Part shown: positions 29,080 to 42,216 of the stretch, in pieces
Numbering within the stretch: the first letter of the stretch is position 1
Layout of the letters: each line of letters begins with the position of its first letter
Source: Enoplolaimus lenunculus
Taxonomy: Eukaryota
DNA: 64,000 nt
Assembly (NCBI GenBank): GCA_030248215.1
Contig: JASANG010003005.1
Coordinates: 186,001-250,000, forward strand
Direction of reading: 5' to 3'
Position numbers and translations under genes: made by a program
Notes under the pieces: generated by a model
What the model was told of the DNA's origin: nothing
The model's input: the letters and a program-made list of their open reading frames with translations, nothing else
The model's database searches: none

Positions 29080-29736
29080 CCCTTACAAAGATCCCGAAGA
29101 GATGTTGTGTCTGCTGGACATCCACTCACCGTCTATGGATTTTCTGAATCAGACTGTACCGTAATCTGTTGATCCTAAAAATATGTATAAACCTTTACAA
29201 AGATCCCGAAGAGTTGTTGTGTCTCCTGAACATCCACTCAGCGTCTATGGATTTTCCGAATCAGACTGTACCGTAATCTGTTGATCCTAAAAATATGTAT
29301 AAACCTTTACAAAGATCCCGAAGAGATGTTGTGTCTCCTGAACATCCACTCAGCGTCTATGGATTTTCCGAATCAGACTGTACCGTAATCTGTTGATGCT
29401 AAAAATATGTATAAACCTTTACAAAGATCCCGAAGAGATGTTGTGTCTCCTGAACATCCACTCAGCGTCTATGGAGTTTCCGAATCAGACTGTACCGTAA
29501 TCTGTTGATGCTAAAAATATGTATAAACCTTTACAAAGATCCCGAAGAGATGTTGTGTCTGCTGGACATCCACTCACCGTCTATGGATTTTCTGAATCAG
29601 ACTGTACCGTAATCTGTTGATCCTAAAAATATGTATAACCCTTTACAAAGATCCCAAAGAGGCGTTGTCTCCTGAACATCCACTCAGCGTCTATGGAGTT
29701 TCCGAATCAGACTGTACCGTAGTGTGTTGATGCTAG
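29080..29736. repeat. Minisatellite, 112-bp unit x ~6 (intron 2)
   Basis: acaaagatccc recurs at 29085, 29197, 29309, 29421, 29533 and 29645. Confidence 0.95.
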
Positions 29737-29794
29737 ACGATTACAGTGTTGTAATATTTTACTAAATTTTGAATTTACTTGTGACATTTTTCAG

Positions 29795-29880
29795 GTTGAA
29801 CGAGAAATTGCGATTATGAAACTTATAGAACACGTGCATGTACTGCATTTATACGACGTCTACGAGAACAAAAAATTTTT
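29795..29880 (+). CDS. sad-1: sad-1 exon 3: [29 protein letters not shown]
   Basis: ttttcag acceptor, gtaagt donor; alphaC helix. Confidence 0.97.
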
Positions 29881-30189
29881 GTAAGTCCTATTGTGATATG
29901 ATGACAGACACGTATTAGATTTTTTCATTGGACTTGAAAGATTATGATGATAGTTGCAAGATTTGTCCCGAGGATTCAGTTCCAGGATTGAGTTCCACAA
30001 ATTAATCACTTACTTCCTTAAATGGGATAAGTTTTCGCCTTAGCTGGTATTCAATATTGAGGGTAAGGCGAAACTGCTTAGTTACCTGCGTAAAATGTTG
30101 AAGTGTTTGAAAACGGTATCGAACAGGATGGTAATGTTAGCTGCATTTAAGAGTGCGGTCAAGGTTTCAGACGAAGTTCATTGTGTTAG

Positions 30190-30363
<174 letters not shown>

Positions 30364-30902
30364 TAAGCAGTCCGTAAGCGTATGCTTAGGCTTAGGCTTA
30401 GTCTTAGGTTCCGAAAAAGGCCTATCTGAGCCTTGTTTCGAAAATACACTGACAAATATCCGGAATAGAATGAACTATGTCAAATGTATTTTTTCAAATG
30501 CTTGCGTTTTAAATTGAGATTTTGAACGGGTTAATACAGACAGCATCGCTAGTTATCATCCTTTTCGCGCTCGAGTTTTCTTTCAATTCACCTTACTGGC
30601 GTCATTTAATATACTTGGACTTCGCTACTGGGATTGTGGATTAAATACCCTGCTCAGCAAAAGCCACCAAACTCGATTCGCCTGCAGTTCAACTCATTTA
30701 ATTGAAATTGTGTCCCCGTTCAACATTGTATTAATTGTAAGACTTAGAACAAAACTTTCAGAGCTTGAACATACTTTTAGCTATTACGTTTCCGGGTCTG
30801 GGATTTGATTTTGAAAAATTCTGGACCCGGGATTTGATTAGGAAACTTCTGGGACCGGGATTTGATTAGGAAAATTCTGGGACCGGGTCCGGTTTTTCAT
30901 TT

Positions 30903-30982
30903 CAGCAGAAGGCCGACATCTCAATGCGATTGTACCATACTCACACAAAATAATAAAATCAATTTAGTGAAAACGCTAGCAT
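30903..30982 (-). repeat. 80-nt segment, exact reverse complement of 38553-38632
   Basis: 80/80 match checked base by base. Confidence 0.95.
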
Positions 30983-31403
30983 GTATTTGGTTTAGAACAT
31001 AGTGGTATATTACTGGTTTAAGTTGATGCTTAAGTTACTAACAACGTGCTTCAGCGGCTTACTCATGTTTTATTTACATTCATCGTTGTGTACTCTCACT
31101 AAGCTCCTTACTCGAGGTGTTTTGTTTGACTTTGAAAGAGCTGAAAGTTTCTAGTGTCGCACAGTAAGTTTAATTCAAGAACGATGCAACACTTGGAAGA
31201 TTTCCGTTCTTTGGCTAAATGGTGCATGACGTATTACCAGCTGGCAATATCTCGAGTGGAGGTCTTGAAGCTTGAAGCTGAGACAGCTTTATTGCTTTCG
31301 CCAAGTGGAGTGTTGCCCCCACACCCAGTAACAAACCACCGGCATTTGAGAGTGATTCGGCTATATAAATATAACAACAGCTGAGCATTTTGGTCACATT
31401 TAA

Positions 31404-31646
<243 letters not shown>

Positions 31647-32054
31647 TAAACTAATGAGGCACTTTGAGTCTGCAACTTTTTAAACTTGGTGAGTGACGCA
31701 AGTAATTTATTAAAGTTGACTTTCACAAGCAATAAATTGTGTAAGTAATTGCGTAGCAAAGACAACAAATTGTTCTTAAGTAGAGTTTCAGAAACCCAAC
31801 CATTTTAAACAAAATAAGCATATGTACAAAGTTATGCCTTCCGAATTTGACTATTTGCGCCTGTTCCGAAAAGGAAGAAGTATCCAAACACTTCATTTTG
31901 CGAACAATGATCCGTAAGACATCAATAAATCGTTTGCAGTCGTTAGATTTACGTAGAATTTATAATCAGGCGTTGAAATCCGTTCGCTCGATTGGTGCTC
32001 CAATAAAGTTAACAGTGTGATTTTTAGTCACTTTTTCTATTATAACTATTTTAG

Positions 32055-32144
<90 letters not shown>

Positions 32145-32662
32145 TAACCAAAAGTGATTCGTTCTTCTGTAATAGATTTTATATTGAATTAGTGTCGGAT
32201 TAAATTTTCGTGTTGTCGGTTTAATTAAAAGCTGTAACAGGTCGGTGTTTTGTTTTTAACCAGTTCCTTAGTTATGACTCCTAAAAATTGAGTTTTAACA
32301 ATATAATTCATGGTCCTAGCCAAATCGGATAGAACATTTTGAGCTGTATATTTCACCAGAGTACTTCAAATGGGTGTTATAGCTTTGCACAACAGTGAAA
32401 CAATGTGCGCCTTCGGGTGAAGTTACATAATGTTTTGAAGGATGACCATACTACTTAAGTGCCCCGCTAACTTTTCATGGGCGGTAAAGCGTTTACTAAC
32501 TGATTTTGCTAATTGTAGATTAGTTCTATTTGGCTCCGAGTTCACGACATTGGGTTAATTTTTCGAGATTTTAGTCAAATTGGCTAAAGGCTCGGAAACC
32601 AAAATATAATGTCTGCAAGAAGTATGAAAAGTAACAAATTGAAGCGTTTTTTTTGGTTTCAG

Positions 32663-32809
32663 GGTGCTTTACCATTTGACGATGACAATTTACGGCAGTT
32701 GCTTGAAAAAGTTAAAAAAGGCATATTTCACATTCCACACTTTGTGCCGCCTGATTGTCAGGAACTGTTGCGCTCAATGATTGAAGTTGATCCTTCGAAA
32801 CGATTAACG
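32663..32809 (+). CDS. sad-1: sad-1 exon 7: [20 protein letters not shown]...DPSKRLT
   Basis: tttcag acceptor, gtgagg donor. Confidence 0.97.
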
Positions 32810-33544
32810 GTGAGGACTGCACTGTATTTTTTGATGACGTTTGGTGCTATTCTGCCCCGTTCGTCATTGGTCATGGTCCTGCGCGAATTGGCGTACGGTG
32901 AAAGATGGCTTTTCGCGCACCAAACGTCCCGACTACAGGAGGGGCTTACGAATATGTTCGGACGTTTCTGGTTGGAAAATTCTCTCGCCGCAATAAATAA
33001 ATTCTACGTTAGGGTATTTTTTGTCTCCCAGGAATTTTTTGGTTCCCTATACTTACAATGCCTAATTACGAAGCTGCTGCGTACCAAATTACAACAAAAA
33101 ATTTCGCGTGCAACATCATCTGGTGGCACACGCCGGGTATTGCGCAACCCAAAATATGCTACTTTATATCTCAGTTGGAATGCATACCAGAGCTATAATA
33201 TTCTCAAATGAAATTAGCACGTATATCTTATTTTAGTGGTAGGTTTCATAAATTTAGAACCAGTGAAGGGTAAGCCTACATCTGATCTTGTTTTGGGAGT
33301 CGCAGTTACTGTGGTTGGTCTCGTGAAAATTAGATTGCAAATTGGCGATTGTTGCTGCACAATGATTACAATACGACTCTTGATGTTTGCAGCAAGGAAA
33401 TGTAGTTATTGATAGAAGAACAATTTTGCATGTTGTGAATTACGTACTCGTTTCTTTATGGCTAAATATGAAATATTAAAAACAATCTAAAATTTTGTGA
33501 TGTCTGATATTATAATTTTTACTATTTTGCATTTTGTTTTTTAG

Positions 33545-33579
33545 CTGCAAGAAGTCTTCAACCATCCGTGGGTAATCGG
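33545..33579 (+). CDS. sad-1: sad-1 exon 8: LQEVFNHPWVIG (end of kinase domain)
   Basis: ttttag acceptor, gtaagt donor; phase 2 matches exon 9. Confidence 0.93.
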
Positions 33580-33683
33580 GTAAGTTCTTATAGTAATTTG
33601 TTTATCCTTATTCTGGCGCTAGATGTGCATATTTGAACGAATCGTTTCAGCAACTGGTTATGTATGTGATATTTTCTTCGTAG

Positions 33684-34015
33684 GGTGCTCGGACTGGTGA
33701 AAGTCGAATGATCAAGGTAACTTCCGCCTCTGACCTGTCCCCATTAGAAAAATCCCAGTGTGTATGACGACTTTCTATATTAAATAATATTTCAACGTCT
33801 CTACAATATATTGGTTTGTCTGTGCTGTGCTAATATTTGCTGCTCAGGGTGCTCTGGCTGGAAGAGGTCGAATGACCAAGGTAACTTCCGCCTCTGACCT
33901 GCCCCCAATAGGAAAATCCCAGTGTGTATGACGACTTTTTATATTAAATAATATGTCAACGTTTTACACTTTCACTGGTTAATATATTGCCTTGTCTGTG
34001 CTAATATTGTTTCAG
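33684..34015 (+). repeat. Tandem duplication (164 and 168 nt units), each starting with a 33-nt AG|...|GTAAC exon-like cassette
   Basis: Units 33684-33847 and 33848-34015 are alignable; cassettes at 33684-33716 and 33848-33880. Confidence 0.8.
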
Positions 34016-34067
34016 TACAAGCAAAGCAGATCTTGAATTGGAGTTGCCAATGGCTCAAGTGGTACAG
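34016..34067 (+). CDS. sad-1: sad-1 exon 9: TSKADLELELPMAQVVQ
   Basis: tttcag acceptor, gtgcgt donor; SAD-1 linker motif ELELPM. Confidence 0.93.
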
Positions 34068-34387
34068 GTGCGTATCTGTTACGGGTATTTCTGATGTGTT
34101 ATAAAGCTGTGAACATAATGGAAAATCGAGATATTTGTACACAGAACCGGTGTTTGCGCGGTACCAATAGTTGCATATGCGGTGAAGTCACAGTTGTGCC
34201 CCAAAAATGTTCATTTTCTACATGGTTTGAGGGTATTGTTGAGTGGCTTTTAGTCGAAACTAACAGAATTATGCTCACGCTAAAGTTAGTGCTTTAGCTA
34301 AGTATCTCAATTAATAAACATTATTACATTTTGTTTACATGAGCTCCATATTGGTGTAACATCGGCGAAACTTAGCTATTTATCGAT

Positions 34388-36300
34388 CAGGGTGCAACCG
34401 CAATTCCGGTTCCGGTGTAGCATATAATATTAACTCCCATGAAAATTAACTCCTCCAGTCAATATTATATATTATAATTTTGACTCCCTCCGTTAATATT
34501 ATATATATAATATTAACTCCCTCTATGTACTGTTGACTACCCCGTTACAGTTCACATCGCCGAATGAGAACGTCTTAATGTGGTAGGTATGCATTGTGTA
34601 TATTCATTAAACTTGACACACATGTATTATTCCAGAGAGATAAATTTTATCTCATTTATTTTCAAAATGAAATAACTGCACTCCGGTAATATCTTGAAAT
34701 TATTAATACTGTAGGAAACTCGAAGTATAAAATTGACCATGATGAATTTCGTTTATCTCTAGGATTTGTATCTAGAAAAATAATTGAGACTTAGAAAACT
34801 CTATTGTTTTGTTAATACTTTCATTCTATTTTTCGGCGTTTCACTATCTTCTGAATTTCCGTTTTACCAAAAATCCACTCGTTTGATTTAGAACTCTGCT
34901 TCTTCTTCTTGAAATCCGTTTTTTTGTACTCTTCAATTTTCTATTTCTTTCGGGCGGCCACGTTACTTCACGCTTGTCTTAGGTAACGGGATAAGTCAAC
35001 CCTCCTTTAGGCATTTTATTTGCTGATAACGCATTTCTTATGTAACGAAATTAATAACTAAACTGAATTAAAGGGGCAGATTTACGATCATCAAAATGTA
35101 GGTTCAGTTGTGTATATTAAGTAGCAGATATGCTATCGTAATTTTTAACAAAACTTTAGGGCGTTTTAGAAACCAAATATTACGGAAAAAGGTTTCCTCT
35201 CTCTTCTGGTATCGTTCAATTGTAAAGCCTTTTCCTAAGCCAAACTGTAAATTTGGCGGAAGGGTACAAGAGCCCAAAAATTTTTGGAGTTCCCTAAAAA
35301 TAACAAATTCTCCATTTAAAGCCTAAGAGTTTTAACCTCTAATTTATCGGGGAAATGACAATTGCGCCTGATGCAACGGTTTACCTTCTATTTAAAACAC
35401 CTTATACGACTGGTTAACAACATGTCTCAGTTCGATAAAATTATACACAGTGAAAAATGTCAAATGTCAGCGCGAAAAGTATCATCGCGAGAAACCGGTG
35501 TCGCAGGTCGTCTACGAAAAATATTATCATGAGACAAAGGTGTCGCTAGTTTGTGTAAAAATATGATCAGCAGCACAGTAAAGGTAAGCATCCTGGAAGC
35601 AGATGTCCAAAGTCTGCGGACAAAAATCGTATTTACATCCATAATCAAGGAGTTAATATTATATAAGAATATAAGAAGAGTTAATATATATTAACTGGGG
35701 AGTCAAAATGTAATATTGACTAGGGAATTAATTTTCCTGTGGAGTTAAAATTATATGCTACACCGGTTCCGGCATTTTTTCACCTTCCGGTTCCGGTAAA
35801 TTTGTACCGCAATTAAAAATTCTGGTATTAAATTTTCGCCGGTGGGAATTAAGTATTTTACTAAAAAATGACGATAAAAATTAAATAGATCGTGCAACCG
35901 GAATTCCGGTTCCGGGTTTTTTTCACCTTCCGGTTATGATTCCTGTAAATTTTGACCGGAATCAAAAATTCCGGTATTAAAATTTGGCTGGTTTAAAAAT
36001 TTGACTGGTTTAAATTAAGATATTTCTCTAAAAATGACAATAAAAATTAAATAGATTCCATTACGTAGTATAGTATGTAAATCTTGACAATCGCCGAAAA
36101 TAAACCATCGAATGTAGCTTTAGCTTCCGTGGATTATGAAAATCTAAAATACATCAGATAAAGTGAATATCTATTTCTAACTGAGGGTTATTTCAAAAAT
36201 AATATTGCAAAAAAAGAAAATTAAAATGAATTTTTTGGTGGCATGCATTTTTCATTTTCCTGTTCCGTTTCCGGTAAACTTTAATTCCGGTTGCACCCTG
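34388..36300. mobile_element. hAT MITE family C, interrupted by a Ginger-like insert and a partial internal duplication
   Basis: cagggtgcaaccg...cggttgcaccctg ends; degenerate TSD ttatcgat/ctatctat. Confidence 0.8.
34416..35762. mobile_element. TGT...ACA TIR element with CCGG TSD (Ginger-like, non-autonomous)
   Basis: TIRs tgtagcatataatattaactcc / ggagttaaaattatatgctaca; ccgg at 34412-34415 and 35763-35766. Confidence 0.7.
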
Positions 36301-36406
36301 CTATCTATCTATCGATCGATCGATCTATCAGAGCTGTACCTGGAACGCGTCTTAATTAAGTACACGTTTTGCGCTCTTGAATTATTTTAATTTGAATTGA
36401 TTTCAG

Positions 36407-36519
36407 ACACACGTCATTCCTTCGGAAGAAAACATTGATCCTGACATATTTCGGCATATGAACAATTTAGGCTGCTTCAAAGACAAAGAAAAGTTAATTC
36501 GAGAACTATTGAGTGTCAA
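36407..36519 (+). CDS. sad-1: sad-1 exon 10: THVIPSEENIDPDIFRHMNNLGCFKDKEKLIRELLSVK (UBA)
   Basis: tttcag acceptor, gtacgt donor; IDPD...LGCF UBA signature. Confidence 0.95.
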
Positions 36520-36549
36520 GTACGTCGGCATAAAACCATATAGTCATTA

Positions 36550-36728
36550 TCTATATATTAAAGCTGGAAAGCACCGCATACGTATTTTGGACAAATTTCC
36601 AGCATTACTTTGCTAACAAAAATTTGTCAGGAAATACACGTAATTGTTCGTTGTTCTATGAAAAGAAATTTGCATGGCAATTTTTGTGCTTTCGCAGCTT
36701 TGCGCATTGCGCATAGCTGGCAGACTAG
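36550..36728 (+). mobile_element. Mini-Helitron (other copies 43762-43929 +, 46204-46368 +, ~21901-22058 -)
   Basis: A|TC 5' end; subterminal hairpin gctttgcgcattgcgcatagc; CTAG|T 3' end; no TSD. Confidence 0.88.
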
Positions 36729-37414
36729 TAATAATAATTATTAATAGAAGCTTGTAACAAGCTTTCGAGGTGTACTGATTGGAATAAGCACATTGTTTAA
36801 AACACAGCGAACGTGATTTTACTAGAAAAATATACAGTGATCTGTTATGTTATCACCGTTGTATAAATCAAAAAGATCATTGACGTCCGGTTGTTCGTCC
36901 GCTATGTCGAAGCATTCGCAAGTTTTCTCAGAGTTAGCGTGGCGATGTACTTTGTAAACATTTTAATGTTATAGGGCACCGTCCGTCACGGTCCGCCGCC
37001 TTGTGGGGGGTCGTACGCGTTTTGCTCGGTTATAATACCTTGTGATAACGCACGGTGACGGGCGGCGCTGCACAAAAAGTACAGCGCCACTATTTCTCTG
37101 CAGATTACGGTGAACGCTGTTGCCACCGACAAAGTACAGTTACATAGTGCGCGTCTGTGGTGGCGGTGTTATATAATCGTGGTTGAATTTTGTTTACTCT
37201 TGAGCGGTCGCGTCTAGACACGCGGTTGAATTTACGGGTTCTGGAAGCAGTTATAACGACGCTTACAAACTATTGAAACAATTAATACATATATGTTTAC
37301 ATTCAGTTCAAATCGAATTTGCGAGCGGCTGCGTCCAAGAAACATCGCCATCAGGACCACAGTTTGGAACGCGACCGGCGACTGCATTTAATTCTGCCCA
37401 TGACTATATTTCAG

Positions 37415-37564
37415 GCACAATACTGAAAAAATGGTATATTACTTACTTTTGGACCGAAAGCGACGCAAACCTGCGTTTGAAGACGAAACAGAACTCGTGT
37501 TGCGCAATACGAGCAATGTGTTTGATCCGCCGAGAAAACGTGTTGATACGTCTTGCTATAGCAG
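37415..37564 (+). CDS. sad-1: sad-1 exon 11: HNTEKMVYYLLLDRKRRKPAFEDE...DPPRKRVDTSCYSR
   Basis: tttcag acceptor, gtaccg donor; phase 2 to phase 2. Confidence 0.95.
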
Positions 37565-37936
37565 GTACCGTTCAGAACGAATATGTGTAAAAATTTATGC
37601 TCTGTAAAGTCAGTATTTTCTAGATTCTTTTCACAACACTCTTGTAACTACGAGTTCTCGCATCAAAAACATGCATTTCTCATAGCGCTTTATATAACAT
37701 TCTAGTATTGAGGTGGTACTTGTAAGTACTACTTTGCAGATCCCTGTAAGCTGATCATTATAATTTTCTATGGACCGATTGTATCAACGGTAATTTTAAA
37801 TTTGTTTTGATTACAGTTTAGTTTTCAACTGTTATGTGTTAAAAGCTTTCAGCCTATTTTAACGGTCATTTGCTTGATAATTGTTGTATTTTGCATTTCG
37901 AATGTAATGTAATAGGGCTGAACACAAACTGAATTA

Positions 37937-38273
37937 TGCGTCATTCACTTTTAGCTGCGCCCACCAAGTGGAAAATGGCGACGCCTATTTCCCACGTTTG
38001 TTTTTCAAAAGACGGTCAAAAGGAATTTGAGTTTGAGAACTTTTTCAATTTTTCACTGCCGTTACTTTTCGAAACAGAAGCAAGTAATTGACAAGGTGAC
38101 AACAATATCAAATTACCTTACCACTACACTGTTTATAAATTGTTTCAATTTACTACCACTCGCCAAACGTTTAGAAACTCAATTTCGTTTTGCCCGTCTT
38201 TTGAAAAACAGAAATGGGAAAGTAGGCGTCACCATTTTCCACTTGGTGGACGCAGCTAAAAATGACTGACGCA
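37937..38273. mobile_element. Foldback MITE with long TIRs (PIF/Harbinger-like)
   Basis: About 100-bp inverted arms; TTA on both flanks. Confidence 0.75.
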
Positions 38274-38552
38274 TTAACAGAATGTGTGAAGAAACCGTTT
38301 TAGCGCATTATTTTGGTATCGGGATTCTCGAGTAGTGAGAAGGTAAGTAGTGCATACAACGTTGCACATTTGCTCCCAGTTATTTATCGTTAGAACTAAG
38401 ATGCCTGTCATGCGCTAACAGAACAGTATGACCGGTTTTTTGTGTGATTGTTTTATCAACTGAACCGTTCCGTGATAAGCAGTGCTGTGTGGAGTGTAGT
38501 GTCGAGTTTGAACATACGCACAGACAAAGATTTTGGATCGTCTTACGATATT

Positions 38553-38632
38553 ATGCTAGCGTTTTCACTAAATTGATTTTATTATTTTGTGTGAGTATGG
38601 TACAATCGCATTGAGATGTCGGCCTTCTGCTG
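38553..38632 (+). repeat. 80-nt segment, exact reverse complement of 30903-30982
   Basis: 80/80 match checked base by base. Confidence 0.95.
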
Positions 38633-39579
38633 TTGTCATCGTTTGGGTCGGACCCGGTCAGTAGTAGTTGTCATTTGCCCTTAGTTGCCGTCTGTATCGT
38701 TAGTGTGGCTTTTTAGTCTGAGATAGATTGATAAAACCGGGCACAAATCCTGCTCGTAAGCAGCTCATCGTGGCGTTGTGCGTTTGCTTATATACATGGC
38801 AATGCTGCAACAACAACAACGAGAAACGACCTCAGGTCGCCGCCAGGGGCTTATACCAGAGGTATGTAATATATTCCCGCGAAATTTGTGGGGACTAGAA
38901 AAAAAGCCAGTTTTACAGGCTGCAGACTAATCGGTAAATGCAAATGATTTGGTTTGCTCTCTACACTGTGCTCTCAAAATACTGTTTAGACCATGGGTAT
39001 CCCCTTGCGTAATAAAATCTAAGCTACACCCCTGGTCGCCTCTTATCAGATGTGTTTTTGTGGCATAAGCATGTCAAACGGTATTTCGATCCGTATCGAA
39101 ATCCGCATTCAGTTTGCGACCTGATGTTGTGGCTGTGCTTTCTTGTCTACCAGTAGTGTCAAATAACTCTGTCTGTATATATATATATGTATATGGTGTG
39201 TTGTGTTCGTAATGTACATATATGTCTAAACAGGGGATAGCCAGAGTGTAGGCCAACGGAACCCCGCGATCCATTCCTATGTGATTCGGAAAAAATTATA
39301 TCGGTCAGCAGTGTGTGTTATAAAAACCGATTGAGTTTATAGGTATAAATTACAACGTTTTGTGCACTTAGTACGGTATTTCTCAAAACCAAAATTCTTG
39401 TAGCAACGGTCATTTATAGATGAAAGCCAAGAGTAAGATAGCTTTTCGCCAGAGACGCAATTGTTTGTTTTTTATATGTGACATAATTTGTTGTGGTTGC
39501 CAACGAGAGTGTCAACTTTTGACCGAGCAGGAGGGGCACACGCCAATTTTTAGTTTGTACTTACGATCGTCGTTAAGAT

Positions 39580-39763
39580 GGCCCATGTATAGAACAGGGC
39601 CGGATCGGTGTCCGGAGGGGCTATAATAGAGTCAGTTTAAGCTTTAGATTAATTTTTTGCTTAGGTTTAGGCTTAGCAATACGCTCATCCAAACGCTTAG
39701 GCTGTGGTTCAGGCTTAGGAATATGCTTATACTACTGTTCCGGCCGTGTTTTATATATGGGCC
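39580..39763. mobile_element. Merlin-like MITE carrying TTAGGC-like repeats
   Basis: GGCCCAT...ATGGGCC termini; perfect 8-bp TSD gttaagat. Confidence 0.8.
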
Positions 39764-42216
39764 GTTAAGATGGTAATTTTTAAAGATGGATGTTGCGTGA
39801 AACAGCCTACGGTATATTATTTTGGTGGTGACTCAAGTACTGGATCATAATGAGAGTTGGTTGAGTAAATTAATTTTCATTTCTGAATAGTTTGGTTTGT
39901 TGGTACGGTTTTAGGTATGTTTAATGTATCAATTTGTATCATCAACAAATGTGTAGTGTCTAAATTATGTGCTAGCCAGCCGAATCCACAGTGCTGCGCA
40001 ACAAACTTTAACATTGTGTAATGTTTCCTTGTATAAAATTTTAAAATTGCGCAGAAAAAAGTTCAATTACTACTAAACAGCCACATCTGTGGGATGACGA
40101 ATGGAAAAATTTCGTAGAAGGATGATATGAGAACAGTAGTGGGATATATGATGACTGAGTCCATGATCCGCATCCTGGAAACCCGGTTGGGCTTTAAGTG
40201 GCCGTACATTAACCGTTTTATTTTATAGACAACGGTATCAGCTAAAAACGACTTCTAACCGTGAGACTAAGGTTCTTATCCTGGCTTGAAATTACTGTTC
40301 AGATGAAATAAAGTGCTAAGTTTCGTGAAAATTCGAAATGTGGATGTAAAATTTGCATTTAGTTTATTACGGATGTGGACATCCGCAATATTCCTGGAAA
40401 ATAGAATGAATATTCGCCATTACGAATCATCGTTGGTTGAAATCTCACTTGCTCAAATATAGCGTGTTTGTATTCTTAGTGGATTTTCGCTTTAATTTAC
40501 CATTTTGCAGCTCAGGGGCAACGCAACGGAAGCCCATTTTGGCGGAGGTACGGAATCGGTACCCCCATTAGAATTTTGATTACAAAATGGTCCATCCTAT
40601 TGATCTCGACGAGGTCAATTCAACAGTACCATTTTTATGGCTGCATGACCAACGGTTAGGTTTATTCCTTACACAAAATTTGATTGTTGTTTGTACATGT
40701 TTTATATAGTTGAAATTTAAATGGCCATAACTATAGAACCGGGGAGCCTGCAACACCGAAATCTATAAAATATGAACTATTTTTTATTTAATTCCTAGGG
40801 GGAGGGGGTACATATATGTGGTACCTCCGCCGGGTGTGTGTATATAAGCGGAAGTATAAACGGATATATTGTCGCACAAAAATTTCCGGATATAATAAAA
40901 AGTAGTAATTGCTTTCTAGATTCTAAACATCAAAAAACAATAATTATACACGATTGTATTTCCGTTTTTGGGATTTATTCGTGCTAACGAAACGCCAGAG
41001 TTAAGTAGTAATTGATTGACTGGTTTGTGTATGATTCTGTAGACAGAAGATGACACAAAAATTTGTGCTAAGTTGAACAGATTGTCATGCGGAATAGTCT
41101 TAACACTGTTAGCTTGCGTGAGTTTTGAGCAGGTATCAGTGGATGTTGTATGTTTCGTTGGTATGTTTTGTGAGTAATGATGTCAGTCGGTGAAATTGTG
41201 GACAGTTTGAAATACTTGTAATGTGATTTCGGCGAAATCGCTTGTTGTGGTTGCGCTTCGGTATGTCGTGGTTATATTTATTCGTAGCTGACTTTCGTTT
41301 GTATTTCCTCGAGTTTCGGCTAAATTTAGTTGTTATCGGAAACGTATGCTGTAGACAACTGTCGGATAAGGTGAAAAGCGGAACTGGATTATGCCGGAAT
41401 CGGAACAACAGATTTATACTGGAATTGTAATCGGAATCTCGGAACTAGAATTTTTGTGGCTGTACGGATAATTCGTATTAACAAATATAATATTGATTTA
41501 GGGTGTCTGTTGGTTGGCAACAATTTTCAAAAATGTCGCAGTAGCAAATTGGCAATGATTTTTGATTAAAGCTAAACTACAATGTATTAATGATAAGTTA
41601 ACTCATCGAAAGCAATTTAATCGATAAATGATACAGAATTCTTATGCAACATATCACAACAAATAGAATTGAAATTAAAATTTAAAAATTCCGATTCCGA
41701 TTGATTGTTCAATCCGAATCGAAATCCGAACTCGGTTTGAATCGAAATTCTAATCGGAATCGGAATTCGTGCTAGTCTGAACTGTATTATCTGGCAACTT
41801 TCAGCATAAACTAGTTAGAAAAGATTGACATATGTCTAAGCATAGTCAAACTTTTGCTATCCGTGGACACCACCGACCCACGTGTCTTGTCGTGGTCTCT
41901 TAGTGCGTTTTCCTGACAATAAAGCAATCATTCTTCTTAAGCTTAAACTCAGGCTTTTTTCGACAGCGAATGTGTTAAACGTCTGATTTTTGTTTTGGTT
42001 TTCGATGAACTTTGTTGTATTTTGGTTGGTTTTGCTGGCGTGAGTGTATTCTGTGAACGTCGAAAAGTTTGGGTATAAAAATAGATTATAGCAGCTTTTT
42101 GTAATTATAAGTTACTTCAAATCTGTTCAACCAAGTATTGGTGAATGGTGATTGCTGTTTGCGATATTGTGTTTTGAGCGAAATTTGCTTATTTGGGATA
42201 TGTATATAGTTTGTTA

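Noticed and set aside
29080..29736. Regular repeats here and at 45620-45981 as CRISPR arrays
   Set aside because: No unique spacers, no cas genes, eukaryotic intron context.
32810..33211. Extension of ORF 32609-33211 beyond KRLT
   Set aside because: Kinase similarity stops at the gtgagg donor and resumes in exon 8, so this is intron read-through.
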